From assembly GCA_002395405.1 (NCBI GenBank), contig DGWX01000062.1:1-56933 (forward strand): a stretch of 56,933 bases of DNA, in the 5' to 3' direction. The notes under the pieces are model-generated. The model worked only from the letters and a program-made list of their open reading frames with translations, made no database searches and was not told the DNA's origin. A program made the position numbers and the translations under genes. Origin of the DNA: Christensenella sp. UBA4247 (lineage in GTDB: Bacteria > Bacillota > Clostridia > Christensenellales > CAG-1252). The stretch's first letter is position 1, and each line of letters opens with the position of its first letter. This document shows, one piece after another, positions 26,536 to 38,500 of this stretch.

Positions 26536-29500
26536 TCATTCCGCGGAAACGAATTTTGCGTACAAGTTAAGCGTCAGAGCTTGAACGTAAGGATTGCTTG
26601 CCGAAACCTTTTCCGATACGGCGAAAGCATTCGCTCCTTCCTCGTCATAATACCAACCGGCGAACACGAATCCGCTCTTGGTCGGGGTGGGAACGCCCGC
26701 AAGGTACATACCGTCGCCGACTTCCGTTGAAGAGATCTTCGCGCCGTCGCGGTAGAAGTTTACCGTTATGCTTTCGGTAACTTTGAGTTCCACCGTGACG
26801 GAGCCCGTGTAGTTCAATCCGCTTGCCGAGATAACGGCGCGGTAGGTTCCGACCGCGCAAGGCAATCCGCCAAGAAGGCTTCCCGCCTCGCCCTCGATCA
26901 AGGAGTAAACCGCGCGGAGAGCCACGCCGCCCGACCTCGTCCCGTAGGTCAATTCATACGTTTCGCTTCCGCCTTTATAGCGTTGCAAAGTATTGATCAC
27001 GACGATCTCGCTTGTAACGTCTTTTGCGTTTACAATATACGGACTTTCCACGACCGCCGTCTTTTCGTAACCTACAAGGCAAATGCGCGCAAGATATTCT
27101 CCCGCGTCCGTCGGATAGCCGGAATCGGCAAGTAGCGCGCCCGTTATCGGATCATAACTGACGCCGCCTACGATTTCGCCGTCTTTCAAATACTCGATCG
27201 ATTGAATGCTGACGCCGACCGCAAGAGAAAGTTCGATGTGTCGAGTCTCTCCGAAGATAAATTCGTTTTGCGAAACGGCGTACATTTCCGCGATATTGAC
27301 GTTTTCGGATACTTCGACCGTATAGGTCAAGTTTTCGCCGTTTGCGAAAGTAACTTCCCTTCCGTACCGATCGAGGATCTCGCCGGTCAAAACGTAGCGG
27401 TAACCCGCCTTAGAAGTGTCGAGAACGCGGAGGTCATTGATCTCGCCGTTTATGGGCAGGATATTTCCTTCTGCGTCCAAAGCGTAAGATACGCGCCAAT
27501 TCGCCGCGGTGGTCTTGGTGATCTCGGCGGCGCCGTCGTAAACGGCGATCAAGATCTCGGGCAGATCGGAAGCGGTAAAGGAAGAGCCGACCTCAACCTT
27601 CGCCCTTCTCTCGCCTTCTTCAGAACCGAAGGCTTCGGAAGGCGCGAGAGTGCGAATGAAGGTAACGTAGTTGCTATGGAAATACAGCTTGACCTTCTTG
27701 ATCCAGCGGAAAGTTCCGTTCGAAATAACGCCTTCAAGCTCGTAACTGTCTTCTACGGAAGACGAGGGCAATACGCCCCAATCGATCTTCATTTCGGGCG
27801 CAAGCTCGCTTTGCGGGGTGAATCCGCCCGCCTGCGACTTAACGTATATCGTTTGACGGATCGAAGAAGGCAGGCTGTAAGCGCCTCCGCGCGGGAGGAC
27901 GAACAAGGTAACGACGTCGTCCGAATAGACGAGGCGGTCGTCCGTAATCTCAATCGTTACGCTGACGGTTTGTTCGAGAACCGTCGCGCTGACCGTATAA
28001 ACGCCCGCTTTCGTAAGATCCACGCCCTCCGTGTTCCAAGTTACGTCCACTTCCGTTCCCGTTCCGTCTTCGAAGGTGATCCAAAGTTCGGTGGGCAATT
28101 CGAAGTACTCGCCGATCGCGGCGCGGATCACGGTTTCAAACGGAGCCAACGTTACGCCGCCCGAAGAACGAGCGCTGACGTATTGCAGTTTTTCGTAATC
28201 GATCTTCTTTTCCACGACCTCAACGGGAACTCTGACTTTTTGGTAGCCCGATCTTTCGTTTCCGTAAAGGTAAATTGCGTAATACGTTCCTCCCGTATAG
28301 GTAAGATCCACGTTTTCGAAGATCCAGCTGCCCGTTTTGCCGTCCTGCGCAACGAGAACGTACTTACCGTCTTTCAGCGCGACCGTCCAGTTCCCGTTAT
28401 CGATAAGACCGTTTTCCACCGAGCAAGTGATCGTCTTGGTTCCTTGTCCGTTACGAACTGTCAAAACGAGCGATTCGGGCAAGCGCACGCGCGCTTCGAG
28501 TTGATCGATCGTGATCAGCGTATCGGAATACAATCCCGTAACGAGCGATTGCCTTACGTTCAGCTTAAAGGGAACGGATTGTCTGCCACCCATATCGTCC
28601 CCGACCAAAGCGGTAACGGAGAAGCTGCCGCCCGTGTAACGAACGAGTGAAGAGTCGAAGTTAACGCCGTTTGCAACGTACAATGCGGGGAGAGAAGCGG
28701 AATCGCCGTCTTTGAAGTACACCGTTACTTCTTTGGGCAAAGTATAGCTGAACGGATCGACCCACATATCGGAAAGCTCCGGTACCGAATCGATGACCTT
28801 CGCCGCCACGCTGATCGTATAGGAGAAGGTTTGCGTTCCGTGCGCATCGTCTCCCACCACGATCTCGTACACGATATTCGAGCCGCCACTGTAACTGACG
28901 CCTTCGCGTCTGACGCCGTCTTGCGTAAAGTAAACGCCGACGACGCTAAGCTCGGTAAAGCTATCGTCTTGCATCAAAGCGACGAGTTTGTCTCCCTTCT
29001 TAACGTTCGGCATCGCGTAAGGATTTTGCGGCAAGGGCAAGTTATAGTACTCCACGATGTTTTTCAAGCCGTTATCCTCAACGTAAAGCGTACGGATCAG
29101 TTGCGCGTTTACACGGACAGACAGGAGAATTTCATTTCCATCGTCCGTTTCGGACATATAGCCCGTCAACTCGTTTCCGACTTCCGCTTTTACGCTGAAC
29201 AATCCGCCGTAATAGCTATACGCCGGCGTTTCGAGCAATTTGACGTAAAGCTCGGAATACACCCCTTCTCCCACTTCGGAAAGCAAGGTAAAGAGATTGC
29301 CGTTTCCGTCCAAAAGTCTGCCCTCTTCGTCCGTACGGATCAAGTCGTACGCGCCGATCTCGAACACGCGCGACTGCACCGTCAAAAGCGTGATCTCGGA
29401 GAGCGGCAAAGTTACGGGGATCCATTGATATCCGCTGACCTCGTTCCCGACCTTTACCGACGAGCGGTAAACGCCGTTTTCGCGATCCACGACGAAAGTA

Positions 29501-32500
29501 TTGCTCCATTCTACCGCGGGCAACGTCATCGCACTGAGGTAGCTGTTTTTATCCATCGCCACCACGACGTTTTCGGGGAGACCCGCCGCGCCGAGGAGCG
29601 TATTGTAAAGGAAGCCTTCTTCCGCGACGGCAGAAAGGGCGACCGCGCGCTCCACGCGGGCGTCGAGGATCACCCTCTGATAACCGCCTTCTGCGTTTCC
29701 GACGAGAAGTCCGAGCTTGGTATATGCCGCGCCTTGATAACCGTAATCGATCGCAACGCTCGACCAAAGAACTTTCAAAGTCGCGCTGTCGCCTCCCTCG
29801 AAGAGAACGGTCAACATTTCGTCCGGTTTCTTCGTTAAGCCACCGATCTCACCGTACGTTTTTACGGTAAATCCTTCTTCCATAACGTTTACGCCGTCGA
29901 TCAAAAGGCCTTTGATCGTTCTGTCCTTGACCCTCAGTTTGATTCTTTGCGCCTGATAGCCGCCCGTTCTGTCGCCCAGGTAAGCGGTGATCGTATATAA
30001 GCCGCCCTGGAAGAATCCGATCGCGTCGTTTCCTTCCGCTTTGACGGCGTTCGAGATGTTCGCGGTCAATTTGAGTTCGCCCGAAGTGTTATCGGTAAAG
30101 GTAACGCTCGTAGATTGCGGCAAGGTGCTGTAATCGTAAGGATCGATCTCGAATTCTTCGACCGAAACCGATTGCACCGTCTTATCGAGGACCCTTACTT
30201 TAATGCGTCCGGGTTGATAGCCGCAAGAAGAATTTCCGATATACACGAGCACGTCTTCTCTGTAACTTCCGCGATAATTGTAATCGATAGACGCTTTGCT
30301 CCAATCGAGACGGAAGGTAGAACGGATCGCGTTACACGAGCAACCGCAATCGCAATCGGAAGTAAGAACGCCCGTGTTCGGATCGACCGTTCCGCAGTAG
30401 CCGCGCTCCACGCAAGAAGCGCAGGTACAGCCGCAAACGTCGGGCGTAAGCGCGTAATACTTGCCCGTTTCGAAGTTATAACCGACCGCGCCGCCGACGT
30501 TTACCGTCAACGTTTGCGGGAGAGAGATCTGGTAGGGATTGATCTCAATGACGACGTCCTCCGGAACCGTCAAACTGCGGAACACGGTCAAAACGTCAAA
30601 GCTGTACGTTCTGTCTCCCGCTTTTTCGCTTCCGAGCGAGAAGGAGGCTTTCACGGGAACGTTATTGCCGTTCGCGTCTTTACGATATTCGAGATTCCAA
30701 TTCGAGATCATCTTGATCATCGGAGCGGAAGACGTAAGCGCGTTTACGCCCGTTCTCTCTCTGAATTCGAGATACACGTTGTTCGGGAAAGCGGAATCGA
30801 GATACGCGTCGTTTACGATCGCGGAGATCAAATCGCCCTTTTGTCCCGTTTGTACGTCGTAAGAATAGATGGCGGGAACGTACCTTCCGCTTCCCACGGA
30901 TACCGTCTTTAACACGCGGTTTTTAACGACGACCATAAATTCAACGTTGATATAGCCCGTGCGCGCGTTGCCGATCTTCAAGATCGCACCGTGCGTATCC
31001 GGATTGTATCCGCCGTACACTCCGCCTTCGAGATCGATCTTAACGTTGCGCATATCCCATACCGCGTTGATATAGGTATCCGTTCCGTCGTTAAACGCAA
31101 GGCGAACGGTCGAAGGCAGATCGTACGAGTTCTCGTAAGGATCGATCTCGATGCGGTAACGCTCGTAATCGATTTCGAGGTCGTCCGTAACGTTCGCTTT
31201 ATCTTTGGACACTTTTACGTTATCGATATAAAGCGCGGTCGCGAGTCTCTTATAGATCTTAACGGGAACGGTAATGATCTGATAACCGCCGATCGCGTCG
31301 CCGATGCGCGCGTCCGCCGTAAAGTCTTGATCGTCCCAATCGGGGAAGTCGATCGAGTTGATATCGGTACGGTAATTCTCGTTGATCCAAGAAACGTTCA
31401 TCGACCTTTCCGTTCCGTCCTTAAAGGTAACGGTAACGACGGAGGCGAGATCGTTGTCCGAATAGACGTCCAATTTTTGCTCCGTAATAGAAGAACCTAC
31501 GATCTCGCGATTGAGAATGCGAACTTTAATATCGGTATAAGTTTGATAACCGCACACGCTGTTACCCGCGCGGATCGCCACGGGGAACTCCTCGAAGAGA
31601 TCCGAACCGGAAGCGCTCTTGAAGCCTCTGTATCCGTTGATCACGTTACTGATATCCCAAATGACGTCCACAACGCCCTTCTCGCCGTTCGAGAAGGTAA
31701 CGTTTACGCGCTCGTAATAATTCGCTTCGAGCCTCGGATCCACGCCGCCATAGGGATCGAAGATAATGGTGTTTTCTTCGTTCAGCTCAACCGACGCGAT
31801 CTCGCGGCATGCAACCGTTACGGGGACGGAATAGGTTTGATAGCCGCCGTACTCGTTTCCGAATTTAACGGTAACGAAGCAGCTTCCGCCTTTGTAGTTC
31901 CAGATCTTACCGATTTCGGTAATATCCCAAATCAAATTGCTGAAAGTATGCGTCGAGTCGTCCTTAAAGACGGCGATCGCGCTCTTAACGTAAGGCGAAT
32001 GAACGGTTGCGCCCGAAGCGTCCGTATAATCGTCCATCGAGAGCGGGTTGATCGACTCGTCGTACGGATCAAAGGAAAGCGCCTCGATCTGCAAGTTCTT
32101 AATGATCTTGCTCTTTACGACGACGGTAAACGGAACGAGCTGATAGCCCGCGCTGTCCGTTCCGACGCGCGCGTAAGCGGTAAAGGTTCCGCCCTTGTAG
32201 CTTTGATCCACTTCCGAAAGATCCCAAGTCAACGGATATTGACCGCTGTTTTGAGACGAGAACACGACCGTAGCTTTGTTGCCGCCCGAGGTGTTTTCCG
32301 GATACCACTTCGCGTCCACCGCATTCTCCTCGTAAGGATCGAATTCGTATTTCGCGCGAACCGAGGTCAGGTCGATCGCGGTGACCGATCTGTCTTCGAT
32401 CGTAATGGGAAGGCGGATCGTTTGATAGCCGCCGAGTTCGTTTCCGACCTTCAAGCTGACGTATTGCACGCCCGCGTTGTATTTAACGGAAACGGAAGAC

Positions 32501-35500
32501 GCATTCCACTCAACGTCCTTATCCGAGAAGGTGTAAGCGATATTCGAGCCTGCGTCGTAAGTAACTTTGACCGTCTTGGGATAGTTGTTATCATCCGTCG
32601 GATCGTATCCTTCGATACGGCTCGAACCCTTGATACCCGCAACGACGATATCGCCGGTACGGGTCAAGTACATCGGATCGACGTCCGTAACGATATCGAG
32701 CGCGGTCGTATCGAGCATAGACGCGGTAAACACGCGCTCTTTGATCTTTACGAACACACGGAAGAATTGATATCCGATATTCTCGTTTCCGTAACGGAAA
32801 GTCGCATACGAGCTGTTGCTTCCGAGATAGGTATTATCCACGTTTTCGAGATTCCAATCCACGAGAGTCTTTTTGTAGATCCTCTCGCCCGATTCGTCCG
32901 TTTCTCCTTCAAAGGCAAGTTCGACATAACGCGGATAGCTGTACAAGCTCTTACTTTCGGGCAGTCCGTCCACCGCCGCCTTATAGGGATCGAATTCAAA
33001 CGTATAGCTTTCGTCGATCTTGTAATCCACAATAAGCTCACTCTTGAACACGATCGGAATATGCGGATAGAGATGATATCCGATCTCGCTGTTTCCGATA
33101 TAGGCGTCCGTATAATAGGTCGCGCCCGCGTAACCCGAGGTAAAGTCGGATTCCGTCCAGCGGATCTCGTACTCATGAACGCCCATCGTTCCGAATTCCG
33201 CCGTAACGCGATCGGGGAGGGTCGGATGATCGCCCGCGGCGAAGGTCAGGAAGTTACCGCTGACCTGCTTGCCGTTCTCCGTCCAACGGAAACCGAGGAT
33301 CTCGGAGATGGGTTGCGGCGTGACGATGATTTGAATATCGACGTGATAGTTCGCCGTATCCCCCGTTCCGTACGTCAAATGCAGGTTATATTTTCCTCCG
33401 GCGTAGGAATCGGATACTTCGCTGACGTCCCAAGTAACGACTTGACCGCCCGCTTCCGTTCCGTCAAACGCGTAATACATTCCGTTCTCGCCGTAGCCGT
33501 TCGTCATGTAAACGTTGATGATCTTCGGCAAATAGTCTTCGAGATCTTTGACCTTATCGGGCGTAATGGTCAGCGGGAGTTCTAAGTTCTCGCCTTTTAT
33601 GATCGGCGTCCAAACGCCGTTTATCTCCGCATACTTGGGCAAGCGGATCGCGCTGTACGGAACTTGAAGCGGAATTTCTTTATTGTAATTCAAAACGCTT
33701 CCGAGGAGATAATAGGTGATGGCGATCTTATCGCTGCCGTCCGAGGGGCGCGCGATCGATCCGGGAACGGCGTTCGAAGCGTTCGGAGTCGAGCCTTGAA
33801 TTACGTCACCCGTCGGATCCACGAGGAAGGTGCTGTCTTGCCATACGATCGAAACGGTATCCTCTTCATCGTGCGGTTCGAGCGTTCCGGAAACGTATTT
33901 GACTTTCGCCTTATCGGGAAGATCTTCGAGATAATCCGCAACGCCGTCGCCATTTTGGTCGATGTTAAACACGTCGCCGAGAGTCCTTACGACGCTGCCG
34001 TCAAAATCCATCGTGACGCTGTTTTCGTCCACGACGCCGAGACGAATGCCCGTCGAAGTCAAAACGATCTGATAGAACTCGCCCGTTCTGTTATTCGCCA
34101 TACGGAGCAAGATCTTTCTGAACAGAGACGTTCCGCCGTATCGGTTGGAGTCGAATTCCACGAGGACGTACGCCGTGTCGCCGCGCTTCAAGGTAATGAA
34201 AGGCAGGATCTTGGCAAGAACGTGGATGACCTGATCGCCCAAGACGGAGCTGATCGCCGCGTCGATCGCGCCGTTCAAAAGACGAACGAGTACTCTCGTA
34301 ACGGTATTGCCCGGATCGATCGCGTCGTGGATCGCGCCTTTCAGCATTCCGAGGATGCCGCGATAGGTAGCATAGGTCATTTGTGCGGGAACCGAGGCAG
34401 GCGTTCCGGTAAATTCGGCGATCATTTCGCTCAAAGAATCCAGGATGCCTTTCAGCGCAAGCGCGTCGATATCGATCCTGACGCTGCTGACCGTTTTCGC
34501 GATACCGCTGTTTGCGTTTTGACCGTAAGCGCTTTGCAAAACGCTGTCCTGCTTGGATTTCTCCATGATCGTGCCCGTCGTTTCGTCGATCATACCGTAT
34601 CCGAGATTGAGTTCGATACCCGTGATCGGATGCTCTTTTGCGGCTTTGATCGCGTCTTCATCGTCCGCTTCCTCGTCCAGGGGTTCCGGTTTGTCATACT
34701 TGGATACCGTTTTTCCGGAAACCATATCCGAAATATCGATGGACGCGACCTTGAAGTCGATACCCGGTCTGTAATCTCCGAGGAAGATAATGGAGATCTT
34801 AAACTGGATATAGAGATACAAGTCCGAATCACTGTAAAATACCGAAACTCTGTCGATATGACCCGCAATGATCTGCAACGCGTCGGACAAAAGGCTCGCT
34901 ATACCCGAAGCGTAATTCTCCGCAGCGATCATTCCGATATCCTTTCCTATGCTCACGATACCGGGCGTATCGGTGTAATCGGTCAACACGTCGAACAACG
35001 TTGCGCGGATCGCGTGTATAAACTTGGAATCCGCACGGGAAAGTTGCAAAAGCACGGAGCGCTTTTGTCCCGAGACCACCGTTCCGACTTTGTCGGTGTA
35101 ATCCATATTTTGGGTGATCTTAATGCGCATCGAATCCGGTCTGAACTCGTCGTCGTTATCGGTTTCGACCTTGGGCGGATATAAGCCGTCCACAACCGAT
35201 TCGAGCAAACTGCCGAGCCAGCTTTGACCGTTATGGTTGGCAAGACCGATCGCACCGCCGAGCGGAAGCGCGCTGTACTCGGATGTATCGATACCCAACG
35301 CCATGAAGTTCGAAGAAGTATAGTCGATCGAGAAGGAAGAAACCGCGAACGAGATCGTGTTCGAACGCGTGTTCGTTCCCAATCTTTCGGGCGCGTCGAT
35401 CGTAATGCCGATTTCGTCGATCCCTTCGTCCAGTTTGAGTTTGAGGGTCGCGCCGATCGTCTTCGGCAAGCCTACCCTGTCGATCGCCTGACTGACCACG

Positions 35501-38500
35501 CCTTCTTGGATATTAAAGAGTCCGAGGAATCTTTCAAGCATTCCGGCGTCCAGATAGAGAGAAGCTTCGTAGGGCGTTTGCGGTTTCGAACCCGCGGCAA
35601 GCGCTTTCAAAGTCAAAGTCAAATTCGCGTTATCGATCGTGTACTCCTTATCCGATTCGGCGGAAGAAGATTCTTCTCCATCTTCCTCGCTTTCCTCTTC
35701 GTCTTCCGTAACGTTCGTAGCTTCACGGATCAACTTTTCGATGATCTCTCCGATGGATTCGACTTTGAGAACGTCTTTCATGATCGTCAATCCGCCTTCT
35801 TTAAGATCGGCGTCCAAAACTTTCGAAAGAGTTTGTTCGAGGTTGATACCGCTCGCGCGCAGTTTTACGAATCCGAGATCGGACAAGTCGAGATAGAGAC
35901 TGCCGCCGTCCTCGTCCAAAGTCGAGCCGTCGTAATAAATGCCCAACAATGTCAGGTTGTTATAACCGTCCGAGAAGTTGACCTTGATTTTGAAACAGGT
36001 CTTCGAGAAGTTCTTAAAGTTCAGCGCAAGGTCGATATTGATATTAAACGACCAAGTGGACGCGGCGTTTCTCTTAACCGTGACCGAACCTTTCTCCGAA
36101 CCGAGAATGCATTCCACGAGCGCTTCGAAGAACTCGAAGGTCTGATTGCGATAGGCGTCAAGCGATAAGCCCGAACCCGTATTCGCGGCAACGGCGAAAT
36201 CGAGAGTCGCGTTCAATTTGAAGTTCAAAACGTCAAGCTGCATGATGTCGGAATAGTTTTCGAGCTGCTTGTATCCGTCGAAGTTCGTATTTCTCGCGCC
36301 GACGTAGTAGGTAAAGGTCCCGCCCGATTTTCCGGCATAGGTATCGGACGCGTTTTTGGAATCGGGGAGGTAAATATGCGTGCTGACGGAAGAATCATAT
36401 CTCTGATTGATTCCGATCCTATTCGTCGGACTTCCCACGCGCAATTTCGCCCCGTTTACTTTGGCGGTAACGCCGACCCAGTTCGATCCCGTCGTTCCGA
36501 AATCGTCTCCCGAAACTTTTTTATTCAGATAACCGTTCAGCGTAATCGACCAACCGGAAGGCGAAGCGCTGTCGTTATTGTCATAATAGAGTTCCGCCTT
36601 AAAGGTTTTCTTATAATCTTCGATCGGGCCGAGGATCGAACTCGGAATATTTACGCCGAGCATATCGATCAAAAGCATCAACATCGATACGTTGAGTCCC
36701 ACGCCGATCTGCGAATTGCTCATCGACAAAATAAAGCGCGCCGCCGTTCCGTAATCCGTCTTCATATCCGATCCGGTGTTATTGATCAAATCGATGTAGT
36801 TTTGCAAAACGGAGGGGATCGCCTCTTCGTCTTCCGTATCGATTCCGAGGAGGAGCCAAAGCGCGTTTTTGAGTTTTACGCCGTCGCTCGCAGCAGCGGC
36901 CTCCGCGGGTGCCTCGGCTGCCGCCGCCTCCGCCGCGGAATCAGACGACTTCGTGTAATCGTTCCAGAAACTGATGTCGAACACGTCCGCCAAAACGCCC
37001 GAAAGATCCAGCCCCGTAACTTTGAGTCCGCTGAGACCGAGCATCGGCAATGCCGCGTAAGCCGTTTCGTTCGCGTTCAAATAATACAAACCGATGAGAA
37101 GCGTCGTTTGATTCGTGGACGGGTTCACTTGCGCGATTTCGAGAAGAAGCTCGGTTTTGCTGCTGTCAGCCAAATCCAAGAACATTTCGAGGCTGATCCT
37201 GAGATTCAATCTCGTGGTTTCTTCGCCGTTATCCACGATGAGGTTCGCCGTATCGTTTTCGGTCAGTCCGAGCGACTTTTCAAACAGCGATTTCATCGCG
37301 ATCGTAACCGTTTCCACGCCGCCCGAGATCGCAAGATCGATCGAGGTGGAGAGATGGATCTCCATTTCGTCGATCGTCGGGTATTTCAGATAACCGGAAA
37401 GCTTAGACGCAAAGTTATGCGCGTTATTGAAGGAAGTATAGCTTGCGCCGGCGCTGCTGACGACCGATTCCGCCTTAAAGCGAGTTAAAGTAATACCCAC
37501 GCTGTAATCGTCGTTCTCGGAAGCGAGTTTGATATACGTATCGCGCATTCCTTGCGCCGTGGTCGCTTTGAGTTCCGCTTTGATGTAAGCAAAGTTATCG
37601 TTGCAAAGATAGGTTTCGTATCCCATCATCAACAGCAAGTTATTAAACACGTTCGGGTTAAGAACGATCATACTCATCTTGTTTCCGAGCTGGATCGCGG
37701 AAACGAGGCTGTCGATATACGGGGTATATTGCGCCACGCTCTTCGGCAACGAAGTGGATCCGGAGCCTCCGGAAGGAAGAACGGCTTCGTCCTTGCAATC
37801 GCATTCGCATTCTTTATTTGCGCAAAGCAGCACGCCGTTTTCGCCTTTACAGCTACCGTTATCGATACATTCCTGATCGGTACAGCCGCAGGAAAGCATG
37901 CAATGACGGCAAGTACATTGCTCTCTTTCCGACTGACCGGCAAAATCGCAGTACTCGTCAAACACGCAGTAATGGTTCGGGCTTCTCTGGCAGTAAACGC
38001 TCGTACAAACGTAGCAAAGCAGATAACCGCCCTCGCTCATACAGCCGCCGTGATCGATACACGCTTGGTTCGTACAGCCGCATTCGAGATACGTGCAATC
38101 GCAACCGCAGTTTTCTCCGTCGCAGATACGAACGCCGTCTTTATAACAGCCGCCGTTCAAAAGGCAAGATTGATCGGTACAACCGCATTTCAATTTGCAG
38201 TGCGAGCAAGTGCAATCCGTTCCCGCGCAACGGACGACTCTCTTACCGAACGCGTAAGTAATACAGCTTCCCGCTTCCACGCAATCGGGGTGCGAGCAGC
38301 CGCAGGGAAGAACGATCGCGCCGAGCGAAGAATAGGTATCCACCGAGCGCGCTCTTTCAAACGCGTTTACGATGGGCGACACGATATCCGCTTCGATACG
38401 GTAACTTCCGAGCTCGAACGCGTCGAGGTTGATATAGAGATAGCTCGTAACGTTCTCGCCCTTTCCTTCGTAATAAACGTAAGCGCACTTTGCGCCCGCC

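Noticed and set aside
35452-35469. LPKTIG, which resembles a sortase LPXTG sorting signal
   Set aside because: The sequence is L-P-K-T-I-G, not LPXTG. It lies about 3,000 aa from the C-terminus, and no hydrophobic segment or basic tail follows it.
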